From NCBI GenBank assembly GCA_038496445.1, contig JALMLS010000531.1, forward strand, positions 1 through 64,000: a stretch of 64,000 nt of DNA, in the 5' to 3' direction. This DNA is from Trichosphaerium sp. ATCC 40318. Taxonomy: Eukaryota; Protista; Tubulinea. The stretch's first letter is position 1, and the number at the start of each line of letters is the position of its first letter. Under the pieces are notes generated by a model. The model was not told where the DNA came from and did no database searches. It was given only the letters and a program-made list of their open reading frames with translations. Position numbers and translations under genes: made by a program. Of this stretch, positions 25,008-38,700 are shown in pieces.

Positions 25008-26430
25008 TTAAACTTGTTCCCAGAATGAACCTGCACATAATGGGTCTAACATACATTCTGGAGTGTTGTAGCAGAAGTTTGAGCAAGTACGGGCAACACA
25101 ATTTGAAGCAAAGATACATGGGTTATGCCATGCGAGTCGGAAGCATCTTCTTTGGCTACGACATCTTTGTTGAACAGGTTTTGTTGGAGGTTGTACTGGT
25201 TCCGTTGGCGGATCAGTTTGTCCTTGAACAATGATTGTAGAAACAGTCGGAGGGTTACAAAAGGCTTTAGTTCCTTGTCTGTACAATAAAAGTTAGAGAT
25301 TGTTTGTGAGATTTCTTGATAAGAAATTGAATAGTTAAAAGGAGTTCTCTTGCGTACATGTCATCACCTTCATTTGATCGAATTGGAGGATTTTCATTTG
25401 CACCTGTTGTGACACTTGCAGCCAAGTCATCAACTTGACCAGGAGCAATCATTTCTATTGTGACAGTACATGATGCTTCATCTGTCTCATCGAGAGTGCC
25501 AGTGAAATCAAGATTATTGTTTACAACACCTGATGATGTGGTGCCTGTACATGTTGGCTGACTCATTGTACCAATTGATGCATCAAATCCAAATGATGCA
25601 GCGATATCTTGAGTTGCAGATGGGATTGCCTCATAGTTTCTACAAATCACAGAAACCTCAATTTCATCACCAACATTCAAGTCATCGATGTTGGCATTTC
25701 CAAGAGGACTTATGGTGTGCCTAAAATACACGTGTTAGTATAAATGGCGTAAAACGACGAAAAAACAAAGATCGTACCAACATGATACAACTGGTTGACT
25801 GCAAATGTACAATATGTTGCTGTCAGTATTAGGAACCAATGAAACGATGTCATGTTGTACGAGATCAACAGAAGATAAATCACCATTGAACGGTATACAA
25901 ACATCCATGGAGTCTACGTCACTGGCCAGTACAGTTGAGATAACTGTATTCTGAGATGATACTGAATCTCTCAGCGTGGATGAAAGTTCAATATTGTTAT
26001 CAGCTGCTTGTACGTGAAAGTTCCAACAAGCTAAACGAGTGTTAGATAACATCAGCGAGGAGGAAAAAAAAGATGTAGGATATGACGTACTTTGTCCATT
26101 TTGAACCAAGTTTACAGGAGAAAACCCATTACCACTTGTGCCTTTGTAAGCAAGTGATACTGTCCCTAGTATTGTAACATCGTTTGATAGAGAAAAGAAG
26201 CCAGCTACAACTGTTGATGACGCTTCTAGGGCATCTGAAGAACCAGGTTGTCTCGTTACTGTCATCTCACGCTGTCCACCAATAACAGAAGCATCAGTGA
26301 TTGTATTACTGCCAACAAGGTTGGTTCCATTTGCCGATGCTGTTTGAAACGCTGTAAACGGATCAAGAAGAAGACTGGATGTTGTTGCGATAAACGATAT
26401 ACCAACAAGTAAAATAAGGAAGCGTTGCAT
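25008..26430 (-). CDS. Family B copy 1: secreted protein (signal peptide, variable beta-rich domain, DUF11/Ig-like domain, Pro/Thr linker, Cys-rich C-terminus); 4 exons
   Basis: Signal-like MQRFLILLVGISFIATTSS. Exon 3 'VGDEIEVSVICRN...ATQDI...GTLDETDEASCTVTI' resembles DUF11-type Ig repeats. The last exon carries 8 Cys. Three paralogues share the exon structure. Confidence 0.8.
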
Positions 26431-27448
26431 GTTGAAGGGATAGAAAGTGATTTTGAATGTTTCAGTCTCCTTTATTTTTCAACAAAAAACAACTTAAAAA
26501 TCACATGTTCTTCACATCAGCGCTAAACCATACCTAGCACCTAGCATGCATCCTTATTGCAGTATTGTGTCTTAGTAAACTTAATATTAGCTTCAAGGGT
26601 AGTTCCATTTTAACCGCGCTGATGGCATACAATGATACAGGTGCCAAACACTTTTAAGAACCAAGCAAGGCTTGTAGTTAATTTGTGCTGGCACACTTGT
26701 ACTTCCTTTCTCTGGTTTATTCACAAGGCAAGTCACAAATACACTTGCGCACATACACACGTTTTTGCTAAGAACATATAGCGCCATTTAGACTAAAGTA
26801 AGAAAATGATGGTACACCTTGGAGTTACTTCAAAAGACAAGCGCCAAAACACAAATGTTATTGGGCTAAAGACTCGAAACTATTTCGGGTTTTATGTTTT
26901 TAGAAAGGTTTTTGCGCTTGACATGTTCAACGAGGGCAGAAATGCTTTGGTTTTAACTTCTTCAACCTCTCTCCAACCCTTCTTCAGTGAATTGTAACGA
27001 TAATGATTTCACCGAAGTTTGGCTTGCGTTGAGCTTGTGTTTCTGTTTTGCATGTAAACGGTATACTGAACCAATCATTAAGAGGATAGGGCTTATTTTA
27101 AAGGTAATGTGTTAGGTAAGTACTACTTTGAAAGTTAGGAAGCTGTAAAATCTTTGTTGGAGATTATTTTCAAAGTGGTAAGTAAAAAAACAAAAATCTT
27201 AACGCTTTCACAAAAGTTTACTGATGAAAAAACTGAAAATAATATCGCTTTTATAACACGTAGAATATATACTGAGCTTCTTTTGAGTTGACAAAATATT
27301 TCAGTTATTGCCAGAATTTCCTCCGACAAGCTCATAAAATCCTATACAGATTCACGATGTTAAACAGAGTGAAGACGACGTAATGGCAAAAAGCAGTGCT
27401 TCACCTTGCAGTAAAGCAAAAAATCAATCTGGGTCTCAACAATCTATA

Positions 27449-27500
27449 AGCTTACATCCTTTGGATTGCAACTGAGCTTACATCCTTTGGATTGCAACTG
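27449..27500. repeat. 26-bp perfect tandem duplication
   Basis: agcttacatcctttggattgcaactg x2. Confidence 0.95.
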
Positions 27501-28739
27501 TAAACGTATCATTTCACTTTTTGTCGTCATATGCACAATGTCAGAAAATAATCTCCACAAGATTTTTGACAACTTCCCACCTTTCACAGAAACCTTGGCA
27601 AAACCAAAAAGCCAGACATTTTGTCTAATAGCAAGTATTTTTGACAACGTGTAAATTTCGTAAGTACGCAAAAGGCCAGTTTCAAGTTGTTTTATTTTGT
27701 AAGGCACGTTGTAGATTTGCTTTGTACGGGGGAATAAACTATCCAAGTTTCGTTACAAAATCTGGGACACCAGGTTTTATCTATGACGTTACACAAGTTG
27801 TACAAATAGCGTCACATTTATCCCATAAACAATTTGGTACATTATTATCGTGTAGTTTAAGCAAAGATCACGTGTCATCAAACAGAATGCCTGCAATATT
27901 TCTGTGAAAACATCATTTTAACTGTGTAAACATTGTGCAGCTGGCACAGGTAATGGTTTGTTGAATACGGTTTCATAGTTAGCATTACAAATTACCAAAA
28001 TTATACAACCCAACAGGTTTTCTAGCGAAGTTTGTAACGCATACTCAAATGGTTACACTTTTAAACACTTTGTTACAATCAGGAACTAAGTTTCTCGTAT
28101 TATCAAGAAACAATTATTTGTTCAAAGGCATTTGTTAGTGTTCGTGTGTTGCTATTAATGCGAACAGGAGATAAGGAAGTACAAGTTTTCAAGTATTTGT
28201 ATAAAATATGGCCTGAAAGAGCCTTTTGTCGCATATCATTACACTCTACTTGGGTAAGGTAAATCGGAAGTTCCTTTAAAATGTAGCTATAAACTATAAA
28301 AAACAGATTTCTCGTTTTGCCTGAGTGTACAGTTTTGACGCTTCCTTCTTTGCTTAAGTTGTATCATTTCTCGCAACTACATCCAATCTTCTTTTTGATC
28401 CATGTACAACGTTTGAAGCAGCAGCAAATGGAATCAATCCTTGTAGCTGACTATAAAATTCTGGTTGTTGAGAACGTAGATGATTATACCGTCTGTTCAA
28501 ATGGCGTAAATTTCGTCAATGCTTGTGCTTGTATTGATGGGCGTTATGTCGGTCCTTTACCACTTAAACCTTTTTTATCTTACAAGCTCTTTCTGCTAAT
28601 ATACTGATCAAATAATAAATTCAAGGACTGTTGAATAGTTTTACAAGACCTCTCCAAAAGAAGTATATACGGTGAACATTTTAAAAGAGTACACGATGCG
28701 AGATGAAGGGTGGTTTATTTACCAGTGGTTACAACATTC

Positions 28740-30149
28740 TTAAACTTGTTCCCAGAATGAACCTGCACATAATGGTTCTAACATACATTCTGGAGTGTTG
28801 AAACAGAAGTTTGAGCAAACACGACCAACACAATTTGAAGCAAAAATACATGGGTTTTGTTGTGATAGTCGGAAGCATCTTCTTTGAGTTCTACATCTTT
28901 GTTGAACAGGTCTTGTTGGAGGGTCAGTTTGTCCTTGAACAATGATTGTAGAAACAGTCGGAGGGTTACAAAAGGCTGCAGTTCCTTGTCTGTACAATAA
29001 AAAATAGTTAGAGGTTATTTGTTGTCAAAAAAAAAGGATGAGTTCTGTTGCGTACATGTTGCTTCCTTCATTTGATCGAATTGGAGGATTTTCATTTGCA
29101 CCTGTTGTGATACTTGCAGCCAAGTCATCAACTTGACCAGGAGCGATCATTTCTATTATGACAGTACATGATGCTTCATCTGTCTCATCGAGAGTGCCAG
29201 TGAAATCAAGATTATTGTTTACAACACCTGATGATGTGGTGCCTGTACACGTTGGCTGACTCATTGTACCAATTGACGCATCAAATCCAAATGATGCGGT
29301 GATATCCTGAGTTGCAGATGGGATTGCCTCATAGTTTCTACAAATCACAGAAACCTCAATTTCATCACCAACATTCAAGTCATCAATATTGGCATTTCCA
29401 AGAGGACTTATTGTGTGCCTAAAATAATACAATCACGTGTTAGTATAAATAGCGTACAAATACATTTGGTAAAACGTCTAAATGAATAAACAAAGAGGAT
29501 CGTACCAACATGATACAACTGGTTGACTGCAAATGTACAATGCGTTGCTGTCAGTGTTAGGAACCGAAGCAAGAATATCATATTGAACAAGATCAACAGA
29601 AGATAAATCACCATTGAACGGAACACAAACATCTATAGCTGCGTTAATATCTGTTGCCATCAGTACGGAAGTAGTTGTATTTTGTGATGATACTGAGTCT
29701 CTCAATGTGGCTGAATAAGTAACACCAGAGTTTGTTTCAACAACTCGAAAGTTCCAACAAGCTAAAGATGAGTTAGGCATGTGAGTAGTAAAAAACAATA
29801 ATAGTGTACTTTGTCCGTTTTGAACCAAGTTTACAGGAGAAAACCCATTGCCACTTACACCTGGATAAACCACTGATGCTGATCCTTGTACGCTTGCGTC
29901 GTTCGACACACCGAAGATGCCACCAAAGATAGTCGCTGTTGATCTCAAGGCGTTTGGAGGTCCAGGTACTCTTGTCACTGTCATGTCACGTCTACCGCCA
30001 ACAACAGAGGTATCAGTGATTGTATCAGTTACAACAGGGTTGTCTTCATTAGCTCTTACAGTTTGAAGTGCTGTAAACGGATCAATAAGAAGACTGGATG
30101 TGGTTGCGATAAATGATACAGCAACAAGTAGTAGAAGGAAGCGTTGCAT
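28740..30149 (-). CDS. Family B copy 2: secreted protein; direct repeat of copy 1
   Basis: ATG 30149 (MQRFLLLLVAVSFIATTSS). Exons 3-4 are nearly identical to copy 1; exons 1-2 are strongly diverged. Confidence 0.8.
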
Positions 30150-30594
30150 GTTGAAAGATAATAAATTGTTTTTAACATCAAACATACACAATATCACAAA
30201 AACATATCCAAACTCACAAGACATAACCGAGATTTTGTATTGGTAGAAACATGGGGATACAACAAAATGATTGTTAGTATTACCCTTTACAATACAGATT
30301 TTATAAGTTGAGGAACTTCTGCTCTACCTCACACTTGTAAGTTACGGCGAAATAGCACCGCCTATAAAATACATGATGACAATTTTTAACAATTGTACTT
30401 CCCATCTTTTATTCGCACTACACCATGTGAACACTCACATGCGCCTTTGAACATATACGGCGCCTTTACAATAGAACGCCAACCTTCGTAGCCACCGTTA
30501 GTCTTATCCTTGAGCTACAGCGAACTATTTATTGTACCTCTTTAGTTGGCTTTTTCACGACCAAAGTATGCTGTAAAAACCTGTTAGCTTGTAT

Positions 30595-33495
30595 TATTTT
30601 GGTAATTTGTAATGCTAACTATGAAATCGTATTCAACAAACCATTACCTGTGCCAGCTGCACAATGTTTACACAGTTAAAATGATGTTTTCACAGAAAAA
30701 TTACAGGCATTCTGTTTGATGACACCTGTAATATCTTTGCTTAAATTACACGGTAATAATATACCAAATTGTTTATGGGATAAATATGACGCTATTTGTA
30801 CATATTGTGTAACGTCATAGATAAAACCTGGTGTCCCAGATTTTGTAACGAAACTTGGATAGTTTATTCCCCCGTACAAAGCAAATCTACAACGTGCGAA
30901 ATTTACAAAAATACTTGCTATTTAGACAAAATGTCTGGCTTTTTGGTTTTGCCAAGGTTTCTGTGAAAGGTGGGAAGTTGTCAAAAATCTTGTTAGAGAT
31001 TGAACCTGACGACAAAAAAGTGAAATGATACGTTTACAGTTGAAATCCAAAGGAGAGATCAGGGTATGTTGCTTATGTTGCCTGTTTCACGGCACTTTTA
31101 TGAGTATAAGCTTGTCACTGGAGTAGATAGTCGCTGTTGTTCAAAGGCCTAAACGTGGCACTCTGAACAAGAAACTCACTTTTTTAACAGGTCGCTCTTC
31201 TTCTACCCCTTTGTAGTGAAAGCGCTAAGATTTAGTTTTTAGCGACAGTAAATAATCTCCAACAAGATTTTGACAACTTCCCAACTTTAAAAGCAGTACT
31301 TACCTAACACGTTACCTTTTCAAAACAAAGTGAACACTCTATAGTTTGTTCAAGCATAGCGCTTGAATGTTGAACAGCAACACAAACTCAACATGCAAGC
31401 AAATTTCGGTGACACATTATTTTAACCTATTCAACAAAGAAAAAATGGCTACCAAGATGCAAAGGAAAAAGCTTCCTTATGTTACTGAACTTGTTATAAT
31501 TCCATATTTTTAACAATACACGAACACTTTTTTAACATGTTGAGTTTTTGCATCAACTTTTTTCTTCTGAGGGTAGTCTTTCAAAAGGGTACCTACGTGT
31601 TCTTATTTTAATCTATAATGTTATATGGTATACACAATAGCGCGCATGTATGTGGGTTTGTACAATGTGAATGAACCAGGGATAGGAAGTACATAGAATG
31701 CCAACAACAAAAAAACCCTTTGTTAGAATTGCTTTCTAAACGTAAAGGTTCATTACATGGTACTAGCGCAGGATAATGGAAGTACCATAGTGGATACGTA
31801 AAAACCCACAGAGGCTAAGAAAAACTCAGTAACAACCCTAACTGTGTTACCATGATGAGATAACGTTGTGGTGAAGAACATGTGATTTTTAAGTTGTTTT
31901 TTGTTGAAAAATAAAGGAGACTGAAACATTCAAAATCACTTTCTATCCCTTCAACATGCAACGCTTCCTTATTTTACTTGTTGGTATATCGTTTATCGCA
32001 ACTACATCCAGTCTTCTTCTTGATCCGTTTACAGCGTTTCAAACAGCATCGGCAAATGGAATCAATCCTGTTGTCAGCAATACAATCACTGATGCTTCCG
32101 TTATTGGTGGACAGCGTGAGATGAACTTAACAAGACAACCTGATCCTTCAAATCTCCTAGAAGCATCAGCAACAGTTGTAGCTGGCTTCTTCGCTCTATC
32201 AAATGATGCTGGTGTACAAGGGTCAGTATCACTTGCTTACAAAGGCACAAGTGGTAATGGGTTTTCTCCTGTAAACTTGGTTCAAAATGGACAAAGTACG
32301 TTACAATCCTACATCGTTTTTCATCTTTGAGTGTTGTCTAACATACCACTTATCACACAACATAATTTTTTTTCTCCCTTGCACTATCTAACTACTTGTT
32401 TAGCTTGTTGGAACTTTCGAGTTGTTGAATCTGACAACAGTATTGAACTTTCATCCACATTGAGAGATTCAGTGTCATCTCAGAATACAGTTATCTCAAC
32501 TGTACTTGCCGCAGATATAGACTCTCCCATTGATATTTGTGTTCCGTTCAATGGCGATTTATCTTCTGTTGATCTCGTACAACATGATATTGTTTCTTTA
32601 ACTCTTGATGTTGACACACATGTATTGTATATTTGCAGTCAACCAGTTGTATCGTGTTGGTACGACACTCTTTGTTTATTTATTTAGACGTTTTACCAAA
32701 TGTATTTGTACGCTATTTATACTAACACGTGTATTTTAGGCACACAATAAGTCCTCTTGGAAATGCCAATATTGATGACTTGAATGTTGGTGATGAAATT
32801 GAGGTTTCTGTGATTTGTAGAAACTATGAGGCAATCCCATCTGCAACTCAAGATATCGCCGCATCATTTGGATTTGATGCGTCAATTGGTACAATGAGTC
32901 AGCCAACGTGTACAGGCACCACATCATCAGGTGTTGTAAACAATAATCTTGATTTCACTGGCACTCTCGATGAGACAGATGAAGCATCATGTACTGTCAC
33001 AATAGAAATGATCACTCCTGGTCAAGTTGATGACTTGGCTGCAAGTATCACAACAGGTGCAAATGAAAATCCTCCAATTCGATCAAATGCAGGAAGCAAC
33101 ATGTACGTAACAGAACTCATCTTATTTCTTTGATAAAAGCAACTTTCCTTTCAAGTAAAGCTCTAACTTTTATTGTACAGACAAGGAACTAAAGCCTTTT
33201 GTAACCCTCCGACTGTTTCTACAATCATTGTTCAAGGACAAACTGATCCGCCAACAGAACCAGTACAACCTCCAACAAGACCTGTTCAACAAAGATGTAG
33301 AACTCAAAGAAGATGCTTCCGACTATCACAACAAAACCCATGTATTTTTGCTTCAAATTGTGTTGCCAGTGTTTGCTCAAACTTCTGTTTCAACACTCCA
33401 GAATGTATGTTAGAACCATTATGTGCAGGTTCATTCTGGGAACAAGTTTAAGAATGTTGTAACCACTGGTAAATAAACCACCCTTCATCACGCAT
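30595..33495. repeat. Right arm of nested inverted duplication (partner ~24964-28003)
   Basis: 31871-31960 is the exact reverse complement of 26426-26515. 30600-30897 mirrors 27704-27999. Confidence 0.85.
31956..33451 (+). CDS. Family B copy 3: secreted protein; inverted relative to copies 1 and 2
   Basis: ORF pieces 31956.., 32331.., 32729.. and 33173..33451 correspond to the four exons of the other copies. Confidence 0.8.
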
Positions 33496-34621
33496 AAGTT
33501 GACTTGCCAACAAGCGCAACTATCTTAATACAACATCACATTTAAAATGCTTCATGACAAATGTTAGGCAATCCCAGCCTATGTAGTTCGTTTACCTTAA
33601 GTGGCGATCAATGAATAAAAATTAAAGTACAGAGAAACCTAAACGCGATTTAACTGTTCGATACTATATAGATATTGCAACAGACATTTTATTCTAAGAG
33701 CTAAGTTTCTGAATATTCCCAGACTAAGATTTTTTTCAAAATTAGTAGGGCACGCACCATTACAGGGATACAACGCTTTTGGCTCTCATTCTGTGTACTT
33801 TTTATACTACCGTACTGTTATGCTACACAGCGTCAAAGCTGCGAAGATGGTGCTTGCTATAAAGGCATGCAACAAATGAGTTGTTTCGAACTAATGTTGA
33901 GTAAACGTACAAGAACTTGAGTGGTCATTCTCTTCTCAACAAATTCGAATAACCACTTATCTCTTTCTTGGCTCCTCGTTCATCTCTATTTCCATCTTTT
34001 TAGCTAGGCTACGGATTTGTTGAGATTACATAGAATGTGACTCATACACAGTCTTATGTGTCAACAAAGACGACCAACACTCGGATAACCGCTAGAAGCT
34101 GAGGATTAATTGACGTTGTACAAATACAGTTGTTTAAGAATATTCTAAGAAAGCGTGTGTACAAAAGTCTAGGCTAGGTTCCTATCTTCACAAGGGATGT
34201 ATTTGTGGTCCTACATTTGCTAGTGACCATGATAAATATAGTGGTTGGCAGTTCAAAGATACCTGGCTTCGTATAGTGTATAAGGACATACACCTGCTTA
34301 TGACTGTTTGATCTCTAGATACATTTACGTACGTTCTTGGTAAGTTTGTTACCCAAAAAGAGATTCGTGACCCCTTTTTTGTTTAGTACGTGACGTGTTT
34401 GGTGTTCAGAAAAGTAACTTTGCATTAGATTGTAGCATTGTCAATTCCGTAGCCAATAATTCTGATTTTTTACAACACCTATTAAACCGCCAATGCTTAC
34501 AAACATATTTTTTCCGAGAAGTTCATAACGAAACCCAACAGTTGTTAAAGAAATGTAAAGAACTCATTTTGTTTACAAGTACAATACAATGGGATAAAAG
34601 TAGTACTTGATGTGGGACGAT

Positions 34622-34674
34622 GGGTGGTTTATTTACCAGTGGTTACAACATTCTTAAACTTGTTCCCAGAATGA
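34622..34674 (-). repeat. 53-bp exact fragment of the family B 3' end at the large inverted-repeat breakpoint
   Basis: gggtggtttatttaccagtggttacaacattcttaaacttgttcccagaatga equals 24976-25028 and is the reverse complement of 33431-33483. Confidence 0.93.
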
Positions 34675-34742
34675 GTTACGCACTTAAGCCTTAAGGCTAG
34701 CAAGGCATCCGTGTGCAGCTTTTCGCATTAAACTAGCTGAAA

Positions 34743-35255
34743 ATGATCACTGATTTGCCGCTAGAGCTTCAGCATATGATTATGCGCACATCTAAGGAAG
34801 TTTATTTAAAATACCCACTATTATGCGTTCAAACAGCTACAACAACAAGATACAACCTAGAAATGAAAAAAAATGGACAGTTCATTAAATATTTTAAAGA
34901 TCGTGATAAAATCTACATTCAATGCCGTTTCAAGAACGGAAAAATAGACGGAGAGTATAAAGAATACTATAGAGGAGGTATTATGAGGATGAACTGGTTT
35001 GCTAACGAAGATGTAAAGGAAGGAAAGTACATGTCTTGGCACTTTAACGGAAAAAAGTATATCAATTGTTCTTATAAACAAGGTGCCCTAGATGGACTCT
35101 ATGTAGAGTGGCATGGTAATGGTATATTATCTGAGACTAGTAACTATGTAAATGGCAAGCTACATGGACAAAAAATAGAGTACACATCTTCAGGTGATTG
35201 TATTTTTGATCGTGTTTACAAAGATGGTCAACTGGCGTATACCAACCAAGTTTGA
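34743..35255 (+). CDS. Intronless F-box-like/MORN-variant repeat protein (duplicate)
   Basis: 170 aa, 1 aa different from 9411-9923. Confidence 0.85.
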   Translation: MITDLPLELQHMIMRTSKEVYLKYPLLCVQTATTTRYNLEMKKNGQFIKYFKDRDKIYIQCRFKNGKIDGEYKEYYRGGIMRMNWFANEDVKEGKYMSWHFNGKKYINCSYKQGALDGLYVEWHGNGILSETSNYVNGKLHGQKIEYTSSGDCIFDRVYKDGQLAYTNQV

Positions 35256-35279
35256 CATAGAAGCTTAATCTAGCTTTGG

Positions 35280-35540
35280 TATCATCTTCTTACGCAATAT
35301 CCGTTTTCTATGTTTGTGGGAGAATGTCACATCGGTAGAGGCTTAACAATGGATAACTTTTCATCTTTGTTTATTAAGCAGAATCAGCTCAATTAGAGGT
35401 TTTGACTTTGTTGTTGACAGTACCCAACGATATTTCTCAATAAGAAAAGGAAGGCTTTAATGTATTAAAGGCTTTAACAACAATTTATTCCATATATGAA
35501 ATAACATTGGAGCTTCACGTATTTTGTTTCTTGAACAAGC
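35280..35540 (-). pseudogene. Degraded Ran-like 3' fragment (duplicate)
   Basis: 'gaggcttaacaatggataacttttcatct' (~35338-35366) matches 13614-13642. Mirror of 9090-9390 with an additional deletion. Confidence 0.7.
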
Positions 35541-35753
35541 ACTCCCTGCCTTTGCAGCGTATGAGAACATCACTAGGTCATGGAAACATTTTGTACAGCA
35601 TGACGGGTGGGCGAAGCGGTACAAGACAACACAGCTTTGCATCTTTTGAACGTCTTCTTCTCGTACTGATGTTCCCTCAAAGATATCTTTATTTTGAATC
35701 AAAGCAAAATACTCTATTGTTTTAAACCTAAAATGTAGCTTGTCTATTAAAGA

Positions 35754-38700
35754 CTAGTTTATATTATCACGGTATCTCCTGCTTCGGTTGCGTCTATCTT
35801 TGTTCTTTCGTTGCCTTCGTGTGGTATCGCCTCTACGGTATTCTATGCGTGTATCTGCATGTCTTCTTGAACTATCACGATCATATTGACGATCTCTTGG
35901 AGAGTACTTGTCACGGTAGTCATTGTAGTCATCACGCCGTCGATTGCGAGTACGGTAGTTGTTATAGTTCTGTCTAGGCAATCGCCTGTATCTATCCTTG
36001 TGATCACGGCTAGGTGACCGCTTGTATTCTCGTCTTGGAGATCTATGCTTTGTAGCTTGATGGGTTGGAACAGGTGAGGAAAATGGGCCACGAGGTGAGG
36101 CTGTCGAGACATCTGCCATTGAATAGTCTTCTTGATTGCTATTCGGAGTTCTTTGCGGTGTCCTTGATTTTTTTTCTACAATCTTACTTCCTTCAGGATA
36201 CCTGATTGCTTTTCTTTTTTTGATAGATGTATTTTTTGCGTTGTATGCTCCGCCATCTTTTACTTGCACGTAGGTATACACCTCCCTGCCAGTGAAATCT
36301 TTAATCACTGGGGTATTGTGTAGACTGAACAAGGCTTGGACTGTAACAGAGGTTAGATGGCGACTTGTACTGTTGATAAACGTGCTTACCTTCATCCAAC
36401 AAGTTTGTATTTGAGGTCACATTTATGTGTCTCGTATCAATTTTTGTGTTGGCGTCATTGATTGCACCGTTATATGTGAGTGTAATTTTCTTATTGGCAT
36501 CTTCTACCAAACACCTCTTAGCATTCATAATATCTGTATTGGCAAGCTTGTTTCCATACATATCGCTAATTTTGATGCTATCATAGCTCAACCCAAACAA
36601 TTGGGCTACTAATCGATAGGTTAGAAAGACAGTATATGTTGTGCAGCACCTTCAAAATATGAGTCAGTTTGTGGACCGACTTCAAGTTGTTTTGGCACAT
36701 CTTTGTAAATAAACGTAATTATGTTTCTTGTTAGTACAACAGAACAAGAGTTATTATCCAGTAATTGCGCATAGTGGAACACTGCATTCCCATTTTCGAG
36801 TAATCTAATTTTACTTGAATCTAATCCAAAAACCGTTGCAACTATCAAATCTGTTAAAAGGGATAATTGCTATTACAGAGTGACAGTACCTTGATTGAGC
36901 AATCTTGGCATTCTTGTACCATGTCTAATATCTATGAATTTCGTTTCTCCGTTAAACACAACATTGACGGTCCTTGTGCCGTCGTCAATATTGTAAGTAG
37001 CATTACCCATGAGTTGTGAATAGTGAAACACTGTTGTCCCTTCACTGGATTTTAGTTTTATTATATCTGGGTCTACTCCAAACAGTGCCGCAACTATTTA
37101 AACGATGAGTTGTGTTTGGTATTTAACTCCTATTAGTCAGAAATGGCTTTAAAGAGTGTTACCTTCAGTGTATAATTCTGTATTTGGTCCAACAGCCATT
37201 GATGTTGTAGCGCCTCTATGTAACAGCTTTATAGTTTTAACACCATCAATGGTGTATGTGCCATCGTTTTCTACATCTTTGAAGAGCCTAACTCTTTCAC
37301 CCTTCGCATCTTTAAATACAAGATTGATGTCAAGAGGCAGTTCAAATAGTTTTGGAACTATACAAATCTGTTAGATTAGATCATCATTTAGAGGTTTCAT
37401 TAATAAGGGTACCTCCGATGCTGTCCAGAGTGGACATTTGATTTAGAACAATATCTTTTACTTGGCCATTGTACTTTAAATGGATTGTCTTTGGATCTGC
37501 AGGTTGCAAGTGTTCATTGTAGCAGTATAATCCTCCATCTTCAAGTTCATTGTAACTCACTACAAGATTTGAGTTTTCATCCAACAGAATTGTTTTTACG
37601 CCAAAGTTTTCTTTAACTAGATGGTGTTAGAAAAACATAATTAGGTAGTATGTGTCGTACTTAAATTTGGTAGAATATCATTTTTTTGTACTATGACTTT
37701 CTTCTTTTGTTCTTTATTGTAGCGGTTGTAAATCGTGATTGTCTTTGTCTTTGGTTTAAGATTAAGTACTTTCATAATGTTACCTTGATTGTACAAACGT
37801 AAGCAGAAAATGAAAGAAAACCAAAAGGGGTAAGAAAAAAAGCAGAATTATGTACCATTCATTATAAGCTTGCCTTCGTTAAGACCGAACAGACTATCGC
37901 CTTCATTAACGTTGTTTCCATAGGTTGCCACTTGACGATCATTCATATTACATACAGCTTTGATAGCTTTGAGACTCAGGATACACACATCTATCCCTAC
38001 GTCTATAATAAAAGAGTCTTTTGTGGCTGCATCTTTAGGAGGGCTTTTATGAAGCACCAGCTGGCGTTTTTTGTTACAAGCACTAAACACTTCCTCAGCG
38101 TGTTCATCACTGACTCTTAATGTCTTTAGAGCTTTAAATGTTTTTGATATGTTTTCACCAACTTTCACAGTGTTAGGCCCTTCTTCGACTTTAGTTTCAT
38201 CAAGGTGTATCTAGAAGTCAGAGTTAAGCCTATAACAGGTATAGTGAGAGCACCTTTTTACCACCAATGATAATAGTATTTGTTGTATAGTTAAAAAGAG
38301 CCTTGCCAGTCTTTCTGTACTCACCAGCTACAATATTGATTAGTGCAATTAAGAGAATCATTTTACACGTACGTCCAAGCATGATAGTTTCCTCACCAAT
38401 AAAATTTATCATCTCTTGGCCCCTCAATAAGCATATAAACATAATCACATCAATGGTTGCATCGGATTTCTTCACGTGATATTTTGGTATATCAGCAGCA
38501 AGTGTACTAAACTTCATTTCATGTTTTTCTGCCTGAAACAAGAATTATACAACTAGTAAATCCAAACTCACAACTATACCTTCATTTTCCAGCCAATATT
38601 ACAAGCAATATCTTCGCCCTCACACTCCATATCACTTTCGCCTTTGTTGCTAATTACACATCCTTTGAAATAAAAGTCCATTGAACCTATTCATTGAGCA

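Larger units (their letters stand above)
24964..28003. repeat. Left arm of nested inverted duplication (partner ~30595-33495)
   Basis: Family B copy 1 plus its upstream region mirror copy 3. Non-coding blocks 27100-27170 vs ~31250-31320 and 27494-28003 vs ~30595-31050 are reverse-complement homologues; the middle is more diverged. Confidence 0.85.

Noticed and set aside
28317-28607. ORF with 'NGVNFVNACAC..Y..P', faintly like a metallophosphoesterase C-terminus
   Set aside because: No upstream metal-binding motifs found; similarity too short.
33500-34620. Unique intergenic stretch next to the breakpoint examined for ncRNA or mobile element
   Set aside because: No recognisable ORF, tRNA fold, terminal repeats or match elsewhere in the window.
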